A stretch of 24,000 nucleotides of DNA from an uncultured Anaeroplasmataceae bacterium (GCA_934229535.1 CAKQDS010000014.1:10199-34198); one strand, 5' to 3'; counted from the first letter of the stretch, positions 9,894 through 17,459 are shown. The notes: a model not told the origin generated them from the letters alone. Program-made: numbers and translations.

Positions 9894-9922
9894 AATTATA
9901 GGTCGTAAATAAGAGGTGGCAT

Positions 9923-11218
9923 ATGGAAGAAAATAAACGTGAAGATGAAGGAATTTCATTAATTGAATTAATTCATATAATTTTTAGAAGAAAGTGGATA
10001 TTACTTGGTGTTACACTTGGTATATTTATTCTTTCTATAGTATTTTCATCAGTTATACTAAATAGAAATAAAGAATATTATTCAGTAACATTTTCACTTG
10101 AATATCCTGAAAGTAGCAATTATAAATATCCTGATGGAACAAGCTTTAATTATCGTAAAATTATTTCATACGATAATCTAGTTATTGCAAAAGAATCTAA
10201 TCAAAAATATAAGAATCTTGATGTTGATTCTTTATTTGAAACGAATTCTATTCAAATTGCTGAGCTTACTAAAACAGTTAATGGTAATACTGTTCCAAGT
10301 GGTGAGTATACTTTAGCTGCTAAAGCAAAATATTTCAATTCTAGAGATGTAGCTAAGGAATTTTTGAGAGATTTAACTAATGTTCCTATTGTTAAGGTTA
10401 ATGAAATAATTGCTAATTTGGATTATGATAGTAATTTATCAAATTATAGTAATTCAACAGTTTATAAATCACAAATTGATTATTTGATAGCACAACGTGA
10501 TTTTATAATTAATGGTTATAATAATTTGATTAATTATTTTAGTAGTGGCTTGATGGTTTCATCAATAAAGGATGATAATAATAAGACTAAAACATTAAAG
10601 GAATATTTGTCTGAAGTTGAAATTTATTTTGACAATAATAAAATAGATTCCTTGAAATCTGAATTAGATGCCAATGGTTATGTAAAGGATGATTCATATT
10701 TAGAAACAATTGTTTTACAAAGAGATTTATTGATTCAAGAAAAGGATGTAAATGCAAAGAAAATAAATGCTTTAACTCTTCAATTAAAGAATTTGGTTTC
10801 TGAAGTATATTCAGGCTCATCACTTAATCCTGCATATGAATCATTTAATACTCAAATTGCTGAGCTTACAACAAGAAACGTTGAGCTTGATTCACAAATT
10901 GAATTATTAAATAAATATATTAATGAATCTGGAAATGTTTCAACTTTTGATAAGCTAGAATTTGAAGCTAAGCTTGATAATTATTACAAAGCTTTAGTTG
11001 AGTTTACTAATACCTATAAGTCTGTAGTTCAAGCTACTTATAAAGAGAATTCAATTGTTAATTATCATTATAATTCAATTGTTATTTTAGAGGGCTCAGT
11101 TAAGACTCTTTATGTTGCAATACTTGGTCTTGTTGGTGGCTTTGTTGTTGCTTCTGTTATTATTTTGATTATGGACTTACCTAAGTATAATAAAAATGAT
11201 CAAAAAATAACTGAATAA
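9923..11218 (+). CDS. Wzz-like polysaccharide co-polymerase / chain-length determinant
   Basis: The N-terminus ISLIELIHIIFRRKWILLGVTLGIFILSIVF (Wzz-type TM1), a long coiled-coil-prone extracytoplasmic region, and a C-terminal TM2 (LYVAILGLVGGFVVASVIILIM) give PCP topology. No kinase domain is present. Confidence 0.65.
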   Translation: MEENKREDEGISLIELIHIIFRRKWILLGVTLGIFILSIVFSSVILNRNKEYYSVTFSLEYPESSNYKYPDGTSFNYRKIISYDNLVIAKESNQKYKNLDVDSLFETNSIQIAELTKTVNGNTVPSGEYTLAAKAKYFNSRDVAKEFLRDLTNVPIVKVNEIIANLDYDSNLSNYSNSTVYKSQIDYLIAQRDFIINGYNNLINYFSSGLMVSSIKDDNNKTKTLKEYLSEVEIYFDNNKIDSLKSELDANGYVKDDSYLETIVLQRDLLIQEKDVNAKKINALTLQLKNLVSEVYSGSSLNPAYESFNTQIAELTTRNVELDSQIELLNKYINESGNVSTFDKLEFEAKLDNYYKALVEFTNTYKSVVQATYKENSIVNYHYNSIVILEGSVKTLYVAILGLVGGFVVASVIILIMDLPKYNKNDQKITE

Positions 11219-11251
11219 TGTATATAATTTAATATTAATCGAAAAATAATA

Positions 11252-11773
11252 ATGGTGATAGCTTTGCCATTATTTTTTTTGCTCATTATTATTTATGTTT
11301 TTTCCTTAGACGTTAATATTTATTTTGAAAATAGTAATTACACTACAAAGCTTTATGCTAAGGTATTATTTAAGAGCTTTAATATTCCTTATCAAAGGAT
11401 TATGGATAAATATAATGGTGAAAAAACAGTAAATGAAAGAATAAATGATTTTATTAAAATTATTAATTATCATAATTATTTATTTTATTTATTTAGATAT
11501 AGTGTTATTAATGAACTACATTTAGTTAAATATGATGATTTAAGCTATTCCGAAATTAATATATATGAAAATACAATTATATTTAATTCTTTTTATTTTA
11601 TTAGTAGCTTTGTTAATCAAACATTTAAGAGTGTTTATAATGAATCATATCGGATTTGCTACAAGGAAGATAGAAGGAATCAAATTGATGGATATTTGCA
11701 TTTTAAAACAAATGTTTTTGCAATCATTTTATCGTTTATTGTATATTTCATTAAAAAAAGGAGAAAATCATAA
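11252..11773 (+). CDS. ytfI: YtfI-like (DUF2953-type) sporulation-associated membrane protein
   Basis: N-terminal TM segment and a TAATG overlap with the downstream ytfJ, as in the Bacillus ytfI-ytfJ pair. The call rests mainly on synteny. Confidence 0.45.
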   Translation: MVIALPLFFLLIIIYVFSLDVNIYFENSNYTTKLYAKVLFKSFNIPYQRIMDKYNGEKTVNERINDFIKIINYHNYLFYLFRYSVINELHLVKYDDLSYSEINIYENTIIFNSFYFISSFVNQTFKSVYNESYRICYKEDRRNQIDGYLHFKTNVFAIILSFIVYFIKKRRKS

Positions 11774-12144
11774 TGGATAATCCACTTAGTTCCTTACTTA
11801 ATATAAGTATGGAGAATTTAAAGAGATTAGTTGATGTAAATACAATTGTTGGAAGTCCAATTATTAGTGGTGAAGCTACAATTATTCCTGTTTCTAAGGT
11901 TAAACTAGGGTTTTTAAGTGGTGGAAGCGAAATTGGAAAAGAAGGAAAACCACCATTTGGTGGTGCAAGTGGTAGCAATATGACAATAGAACCTGTTTGT
12001 TTTATTGTTATATTGAAGAATGAGGTTAAAATTGTTTCAATTAATAATGATAGTCCGCTAGAATATATTATTAAAACAATTCCTAAGCTAGTTGAAAATA
12101 CTAAATCATTATTTAAGGATGAAGAAAAAGGAGTTAAGGTTTAA
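11773..12144 (+). CDS. ytfJ: Sporulation protein YtfJ (GerW family)
   Basis: NTIVGSPIISGEATIIPVSKVKLGFLSGGSE...GGASGSNMTIEPVCFIV matches the conserved YtfJ/GerW core. 123 aa. Confidence 0.85.
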   Translation: MDNPLSSLLNISMENLKRLVDVNTIVGSPIISGEATIIPVSKVKLGFLSGGSEIGKEGKPPFGGASGSNMTIEPVCFIVILKNEVKIVSINNDSPLEYIIKTIPKLVENTKSLFKDEEKGVKV

Positions 12145-12158
12145 AAACTGGAGGACAT

Positions 12159-12563
12159 ATGAAAAAAATATTTATATTAGGATTACCATTATTACTTATG
12201 GGATGTAAAAATAATATGATTGATAGTAGTCATATTGATAGTAATCATAGTACAACTGGAATTGAATCAAGTGAATCGTTAGAGGGACTTTATCATACAA
12301 AAAATGTTAATGGTTACATAACATTATCTAATGATAAAGAAGAATCAGGCGTATATTTTTATACTGATGATACAATGTATAAGGGCTATCATAAGCTTGA
12401 TGATGTTAAGGTATATAAAGATGATGAATTAGTAGGCTTAAGCTCATTAACAGATAATATGGATGCAATTGCTGAATTTATAACAGGAATTGGTAAGGAA
12501 GATGGAAGTCTAGATTTATCAATTGGGGATTTATATAAGGTTACAATTATTAATAAACGCTAA
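12159..12563 (+). CDS. Small lipoprotein of unknown function
   Basis: Signal peptide with lipobox MKKIFILGLPLLLMGC. GGAGG RBS. Followed by a terminator. Confidence 0.7.
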   Translation: MKKIFILGLPLLLMGCKNNMIDSSHIDSNHSTTGIESSESLEGLYHTKNVNGYITLSNDKEESGVYFYTDDTMYKGYHKLDDVKVYKDDELVGLSSLTDNMDAIAEFITGIGKEDGSLDLSIGDLYKVTIINKR

Positions 12564-12564
12564 G

Positions 12565-12590
12565 GACATCTTGTGATGTCTTTTCTTTTA
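12565..12590 (+). terminator. Rho-independent terminator after the ytfIJ-lipoprotein unit
   Basis: Stem GACATC (12565-12570), loop TTGT, stem GATGTC (12575-12580), then TTTTCTTTTATTT. Confidence 0.6.
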
Positions 12591-12600
12591 TTTAAAAATA

Positions 12601-12609
12601 TGTTAAAAT
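12601..12609 (+). promoter_or_regulatory. Extended -10 promoter candidate for the kinase/Nudix-like cassette
   Basis: TGtTAAAAT at 12601-12609 with no good -35. ACGGAGG RBS at 12617-12623 and ATG at 12631. Confidence 0.35.
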
Positions 12610-12630
12610 TAAATAAACGGAGGTTTACTT

Positions 12631-13404
12631 ATGAAAATATTTATTCCCTCATCAATTTTAGAAATTGTTGAATCGTTAGATTATAAAATAGATAAAATTG
12701 GTCAAAGTGATTCTATGGTTTTAATCTATGATGATTATATTTTGAAAATTAATAAGGATAATTATGAAGCTAGAAATGAAATAAATATTTATGAACAATT
12801 ATCTAGTAAGCTTCCAATTGGCAAAATAATAAAATATGAAATAAAAGATGGCTATATTTATATCTTAAGAGAAAAACTGAAGGGATTACCACTTTCAGAT
12901 GATTATTATATGAATAGACCAAAGCTATTACTTAATTTAGCATTTGATGCTTTAGAAATACTAGAAAATGTAGATATTAAAGGTTTAAAATTAAAGGATT
13001 CGATTGAAGAAATAATTAATATAGGTATTAAAAATAAGGACAAGCTTGATATTTTAGCTATTAATAATGAGCTTAATTGTAACTTTAAAGATGCAAATGA
13101 AATCATTAATTTTTTAAAATCAAATAAGCCTGAAATTAATGCTTTATGTCATGGTGATCTATGTTTACCAAATATCATTTGTGATGGTAATAAAATAGTA
13201 GGATTTATTGATGTTGGAATGACAGGATTATCTAACTATTGGCATGATATAGCAATTGCCTATCGTAGTATAAAATATAATTATTTAGGCTTTTATGGAA
13301 AGGCCTATTCTGGTTTTAGTGATGATATGTTTTTTAGTTATCTTAAGGAAGTAAACAAAGATATGATTTTTTATTTTCTTTTATTGGATGAAATGTTTGG
13401 ATAA
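12631..13404 (+). CDS. APH(3')-family aminoglycoside phosphotransferase-fold kinase
   Basis: HGDLCLPNIICDGNKIVGFIDVGMTGLSNYWHDIAIAYRSI...FYFLLLDEMF aligns by eye with APH(3')-IIIa HGDLGDSNIFVKDGKVSGFIDLGRSGRADKWYDIAFCVRSI...YYILLDELF. The catalytic D, N and D residues and the beta3 Lys (ILKINK) are present. 257 aa. Confidence 0.85.
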   Translation: MKIFIPSSILEIVESLDYKIDKIGQSDSMVLIYDDYILKINKDNYEARNEINIYEQLSSKLPIGKIIKYEIKDGYIYILREKLKGLPLSDDYYMNRPKLLLNLAFDALEILENVDIKGLKLKDSIEEIINIGIKNKDKLDILAINNELNCNFKDANEIINFLKSNKPEINALCHGDLCLPNIICDGNKIVGFIDVGMTGLSNYWHDIAIAYRSIKYNYLGFYGKAYSGFSDDMFFSYLKEVNKDMIFYFLLLDEMFG

Positions 13405-13418
13405 GGAGATTTAGTAAT

Positions 13419-15056
13419 ATGGATTTATATGCATACATTTTTAATAAATATAATAAGGAAATTGGTATTTATAAGCTTAATGATGAAGCTTATAAATATA
13501 AAAATTATGATGATAACTATTGTAGTGCTGATTTTGTAAAATTTGGAGTTAATTATAATAGCAAAATTATTTTAAGTCTTGAGGCTATTAAGGGCATAAA
13601 TGTTATTCAAAATCGTAATTTATGCAAAAGAGCTAAGAATTTTGTTGCTTTATATATTCAAACTGATATTATAGATTCTACTATAGATAATAATGAATTT
13701 GCTCTATGCTTTTCTAAGCTTAATGATTTAAAAATAGAAAAGAAGATAAAAAAAAGCTATAAAAAGGTTTTGCATAAAATTAAACATCAGGTTAATTTTA
13801 TTAAGCTTAGTCTTAGAATGCCTTCAAGCTTTGACATATTCTTATATATTTTAACTTTAGTGACATTAGCTGTATCTATTATTAGTGGTGATAAAAATCC
13901 TATTAAGACTCCATATACTTTAATTTTAACAATTGTTTCTTTAATTAGAATTATATCTAATTTTATTCATAATAAAAAAGATTTTGAAGCTAAATATAAC
14001 GGTGCTAAAGCCTTTAATATTTCTAATAAGGATAAAATAATTGAAGAGATTAAAAAAAATAAGACCAATGAATATAAGGATTTTATTTCTATTGATTTTA
14101 AAGCTGATGGAGAAGAAAAAAGTCTTGATATTTTCCTTATAAATGATGAAGAAAATAAGAAGCTAAGAGATTTTGCTGATACGATGAGCGTTGTTGAGAG
14201 TAAAAATAGAGTTAAGGGAACTGAAGATTCTAAAAATATGATGGGTTATGTTTTATCTAGTAAGGTTAAATCAGGTAAGATGATCTTTAATTCTGAATTA
14301 GCAGGAATTGATAGTGAGCTTAATTTTTATCAAGAAAAGAAAATAGCCTTGAAACCAGTTATGTATTTTGATTATGTAACTAACGATGAATCAATTTATC
14401 GTGCTCTTACTGTTGCTTCAAATCCTAAATATTTATTTAAAGGCTATGAATATACACTATATCCTAATAAAGCATTCAAGAATATTGAAGGAAGTAGCCT
14501 AACTAATTTAATTGGTGTTAACATTATTTGTGTTATTAACGTTATAAATACAAATGAAAAATATGTAATTATTAATAGACAAACGACTTTTACAGATGTT
14601 AATCATTCAAAATTTGTACCTTCTGGCTCTGGTTCATTAAACTTTGCAGATTTCAAGCATAACAAAAACTTAAGCTTTAAGGAGCTATTAAAGTTTGGAA
14701 TGTATAGAGAGCTTGAAGAGGAAAGCTATTTAACAGAAGATTATTTAAATAAGCATAATGCTAAATTTGAGATTCTTGGCTTTGCAAGATTGTTTAGTAA
14801 GGCTGGAAAGCCAGACTTTTTTGGTATGGTAACAATTGAAATTACAAAAAATGAATGTGAGGAAATTTTAAAGAATTATAATAAACGTCAAAATGAAGAA
14901 TTAAAGTCAAATGAAGAGCATACATTCCTTGAAAGTAATTATATGGTTTTAAAGGAATATGATAAATTTATTAATGGGGAATATGGTAAACTAACATACA
15001 ATAAAAATGAATCACCACAATTAAGATATGTTAAATACCTTTTATCTAAATTATAA
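13419..15056 (+). CDS. Orphan 545-aa membrane protein: N-terminal domain, 2-TM hairpin and C-terminal Nudix-like domain
   Basis: The AAGGAG RBS (13403-13408) overlaps the kinase stop codon. TM helices are FDIFLYILTLVTLAVSIISG and YTLILTIVSLIRIISNFI (about nt 13827-13970). The Nudix-box-like segment SFKELLKFGMYRELEEESYL (nt 14673-14732) fits E-x7-REUxEE. It is preceded by PSGSGS and by beta-strand-like IICVINVINTNEKYVIINRQ. Confidence 0.6.
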   Translation: MDLYAYIFNKYNKEIGIYKLNDEAYKYKNYDDNYCSADFVKFGVNYNSKIILSLEAIKGINVIQNRNLCKRAKNFVALYIQTDIIDSTIDNNEFALCFSKLNDLKIEKKIKKSYKKVLHKIKHQVNFIKLSLRMPSSFDIFLYILTLVTLAVSIISGDKNPIKTPYTLILTIVSLIRIISNFIHNKKDFEAKYNGAKAFNISNKDKIIEEIKKNKTNEYKDFISIDFKADGEEKSLDIFLINDEENKKLRDFADTMSVVESKNRVKGTEDSKNMMGYVLSSKVKSGKMIFNSELAGIDSELNFYQEKKIALKPVMYFDYVTNDESIYRALTVASNPKYLFKGYEYTLYPNKAFKNIEGSSLTNLIGVNIICVINVINTNEKYVIINRQTTFTDVNHSKFVPSGSGSLNFADFKHNKNLSFKELLKFGMYRELEEESYLTEDYLNKHNAKFEILGFARLFSKAGKPDFFGMVTIEITKNECEEILKNYNKRQNEELKSNEEHTFLESNYMVLKEYDKFINGEYGKLTYNKNESPQLRYVKYLLSKL

Positions 15057-15058
15057 TA

Positions 15059-15074
15059 TCGAATTGCAATTCGA
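15059..15074. repeat. Perfect 16-bp palindrome TCGAATTGCAATTCGA
   Basis: Self-complementary when read directly. Lies 2 nt after the stop codon of the 545-aa gene. Confidence 0.9.
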
Positions 15075-15095
15075 AAAGTTATACCAAATTAAGAG

Positions 15096-15130
15096 TTTTC
15101 GAAGTGTAGTTCGAAAATGTTGTTATTTTT
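15096..15130 (+). terminator. Weak hairpin plus U-rich tract, a candidate terminator of the cassette
   Basis: Stem TTTTCGAA (15096-15103), loop GTGTAG, stem TTCGAAAA (15110-15117), then TGTTGTTATTTTT. The stem is AU-rich, so termination strength is uncertain. Confidence 0.4.
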
Positions 15131-15165
15131 GATTATTTTTAAATCGCAATTGAAGTTAATTTTCT

Positions 15166-15194
15166 TTTACTTATTATTAAATCTATGGTATAAT
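15166..15194 (+). promoter_or_regulatory. Candidate extended -10 promoter for ytxK-ackA
   Basis: TTTACT (15166-15171), a 17-nt spacer containing TG (15186-15187), then TATAAT (15189-15194). This would leave only a ~9-nt leader before ATG 15210, so the call is uncertain. Confidence 0.35.
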
Positions 15195-15209
15195 TGAAAT
15201 GGTGATTAT

Positions 15210-16139
15210 ATGCAAAGTGATAATTTACTTGAAAAAATTTCTGATGTGCTTGATGCTTCTAATGATTTTTTATATGAAAAGACGAAAAAGAATTATTTTG
15301 AATTAATTCTGATGACGGCTGATAATATATTATCTGGTGAGGTTAAGCAAGATTTGGAAAATGAAGATATCGAAAAATTAAATGAGATATATAACCCTCT
15401 TATGGATGTTGATTTTCCAGTTGATGTTGTTTTAAAGGCTTTACAATATATAATATTGAAGGGCTTTAAGGAAACAAATATGAAAAATGGTGAAACAACT
15501 CCTGATACCTTAGGTATGTTTATAGCTTATTTAATTACTAAGCTTCAGCCTAAGGCCGAGCATTTAAATATTTTAGATCCTCTTGCAGGATGCGGAAATT
15601 TATTATTAAATGTTTCTAATGCCTTAGAAAATAAAGAATTAAATTTATTTGCATGTGACCATAATGAAACAATGGTAAAGCTACTAAAAATGTGTAGTGA
15701 TATGATTCAAAGGGATGTTGAAATATATTTTGAGGATACATTTAATTTGCATCTGAAAAATATGGATGATATTATTTTTGATTTACCTAATGTATATCAA
15801 GATGATAAAGAATATTTCCCTTTTAAAGCAATCCTACATTATGTTGATTTACTTAAGGATGATGGCTTTATAATTGGCATTATTCCTAATGATTTTTTTG
15901 CTCATGATAAGGATCAATCATTTAAAAAAGAATTAATTAAGAAAATGTCAATTGTTGGTTTAATCGAATTACCTCAACAAATGTTCAAATTAAATCCTAA
16001 GAGTATTTTAATTTTACAAAAGAAGAATGTTGAGCGTAAATGTATGCTTGTCAAACTACCAAGTTTTACAGATATTAGGGCGCTTAGTAATTCGCTTACT
16101 GAAATCGAAACGTGGTTTGAAAAAAATATGAATAATTAA
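15210..16139 (+). CDS. ytxK: YtxK-family class I SAM-dependent (N6-adenine-MTase-like) methyltransferase
   Basis: SAM motif I ILDPLAGCGNLLL and a motif IV-like IIFDLPNVY. Sits directly upstream of ackA, as ytxK does in Bacillus. Confidence 0.75.
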   Translation: MQSDNLLEKISDVLDASNDFLYEKTKKNYFELILMTADNILSGEVKQDLENEDIEKLNEIYNPLMDVDFPVDVVLKALQYIILKGFKETNMKNGETTPDTLGMFIAYLITKLQPKAEHLNILDPLAGCGNLLLNVSNALENKELNLFACDHNETMVKLLKMCSDMIQRDVEIYFEDTFNLHLKNMDDIIFDLPNVYQDDKEYFPFKAILHYVDLLKDDGFIIGIIPNDFFAHDKDQSFKKELIKKMSIVGLIELPQQMFKLNPKSILILQKKNVERKCMLVKLPSFTDIRALSNSLTEIETWFEKNMNN

Positions 16140-16156
16140 TAAGTGAGGAAGAAAAT

Positions 16157-17347
16157 ATGGCAATGATTATGGCAGTAAATGCCGGTAGTTCATCTATCAA
16201 ATTTCAATTATTAGAAATGCCTGAGGAAAAAGTTATTGCATCAGGTGTAATGGAAAGAATTGGACTTGAAGAGGGAATATTTACTTTAAAATATGATGGT
16301 AAGAAGGAAGAAACTCATCCAGTTTTACCTACACACGCTGAGGGTGTTCAATTATTACTTGATACTTTAGTTGCAAAGAATATTTGTAAGCTTTCTGAAA
16401 TTGCAGGTGTTGGACATAGAGTTGTTCAAGGAGGAGAATATTTTAAGGATTCTGCTTTTGCAACTGAGAAAAATATTGAGAAGGTTTTAGAGCTTGCTGA
16501 TTTAGCACCTCTACATAATAAGGCACACGTTGTTGGAATTCGTGCTTTCCAAAAGGTTTTACCAAATGTACCACAGGTTTTAGTATTTGATACTACATTC
16601 CACCAAACAATGCTTGATGAAGCATATATGTATGCTACACCATATGAATGGTATGAAAAGTATGGAATTCGTAAATATGGTGCTCATGGTACATCTCATC
16701 AATATGTATCTCATCGTTGTGCTGAATTAATGGGTATACCTTTAGAGGATACAAAGATTATTGTATGTCATTTAGGTAATGGTGCTTCAATTTCTGCAGT
16801 TAAGGGTGGAAAATGTATTGATACATCTATGGGATTAACTCCACTTGAGGGTATTCCTATGGGAACTCGTTCTGGTAACATTGACCCAACTGCTTTAGAG
16901 GTAGTTGCTAAGCATGAGAACAAGTCAATTTCCGAATTAATTCAAATCTTAAATAAGAAGAGTGGTTTATATGGAATGTCTGGTATTTCTAATGACGCTC
17001 GTGATGTTACTGCTGGTATGAATCGTGGAGAATATAGATGTAAGATGGCATTCGCCGTTCAATCTAAGCGTATTATGGATTATATTGGTTCATATTATGT
17101 TTATTTAGGAGGCTGTGATGCAATTTGCTTCACTGCTGGTATGGGTGAAAATCTTTGCCATTTAAGAGAAAAGATTTGTAATCGTTTAGGTGTTTTAGGC
17201 GTTAAGATTGATACTGAAATCAATAATAAGACTTTTGGTACAGAAACATTAATTTCTACACCTGATTCTAAGATTAAGGTTTATGTATTACCAACTAACG
17301 AGGAAGTTATGATTGCTCGTGATGTAATGCGTATTGCAAAAATCTAA
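16157..17347 (+). CDS. ackA: Acetate kinase
   Basis: MAVNAGSSSIKFQLLEM, HRVVQGG, FDTTFHQTM, YGAHGTSH, CHLGNGASI and GLTPLEGIPMGTRSGNIDP are all canonical AckA motifs. 396 aa. Confidence 0.97.
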   Translation: MAMIMAVNAGSSSIKFQLLEMPEEKVIASGVMERIGLEEGIFTLKYDGKKEETHPVLPTHAEGVQLLLDTLVAKNICKLSEIAGVGHRVVQGGEYFKDSAFATEKNIEKVLELADLAPLHNKAHVVGIRAFQKVLPNVPQVLVFDTTFHQTMLDEAYMYATPYEWYEKYGIRKYGAHGTSHQYVSHRCAELMGIPLEDTKIIVCHLGNGASISAVKGGKCIDTSMGLTPLEGIPMGTRSGNIDPTALEVVAKHENKSISELIQILNKKSGLYGMSGISNDARDVTAGMNRGEYRCKMAFAVQSKRIMDYIGSYYVYLGGCDAICFTAGMGENLCHLREKICNRLGVLGVKIDTEINNKTFGTETLISTPDSKIKVYVLPTNEEVMIARDVMRIAKI

Positions 17348-17367
17348 CAAAATATTATGATTAATTA

Positions 17368-17399
17368 AGCTATGGTTGTATTAACTATAGCTTTTTTTA
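17368..17399 (+). terminator. Rho-independent terminator after ackA
   Basis: 10-bp stem AGCTATGGTT (17368-17377) / AACTATAGCT (17383-17392) with one G-U pair, loop GTATT, then TTTTTT. Confidence 0.75.
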
Positions 17400-17459
17400 T
17401 TAAAAACATTGACATTGTTTTTTTGAGAGAATAATTATAATTGAAAAGAAGAAAAGTCT

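Noticed and set aside
1-9900. Scarcity of AAGCTT (HindIII site) as restriction-site avoidance
   Set aside because: The rest of the window is rich in the site, so the host is not avoiding it. The pattern is better explained by different synonymous-codon usage in the polysaccharide cassette.
10587-10823. 78-aa antisense ORF inside the wzz-like gene
   Set aside because: Shadow ORF with no start context.
11565-11780. 71-aa same-strand ORF in an alternative frame of ytfI
   Set aside because: It lies almost entirely (all but its last 7 nt) within the ytfI frame, whose TAATG junction with ytfJ supports the annotated frame. It has no independent RBS.
11751-11978. 75-aa antisense ORF over the ytfJ 5' half
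   Set aside because: It is opposite the highly conserved YtfJ/GerW core. The Pro/Gly-rich translation is the complement of the GG/SG-rich sense codons.
12906-13106. 66-aa antisense ORF inside the APH-like gene
   Set aside because: Shadow ORF opposite a recognisable kinase.
12631-13404. APH(3')-like gene as a transposon- or plasmid-borne acquired resistance determinant
   Set aside because: It has no flanking IS, inverted repeats or recombinase. Its codon dialect (frequent AAGCTT/AAG/CTT) matches the surrounding core genes, so it looks chromosomal and intrinsic. Substrate specificity cannot be read from sequence.
15059-15074. The 16-bp palindrome as the cassette's Rho-independent terminator
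   Set aside because: It would fold with only a 2-4 nt loop and is followed by AAAG rather than a U tract. The downstream hairpin (15096-15117) is a better, though still weak, terminator candidate.
15210-16139. YtxK-like methyltransferase as half of a restriction-modification system
   Set aside because: There is no endonuclease or specificity subunit nearby, and the ytxK-ackA pairing is a conserved housekeeping arrangement in Bacillota.
17409-17441. TTGACA (17409-17414) plus TATAAT (17436-17441) as a promoter for the lipoprotein gene
   Set aside because: The spacer is 21 nt, too long for a functional sigma-A promoter. The 17-nt-spaced alternative (TAATTA) is weak, so I did not report it as a feature.
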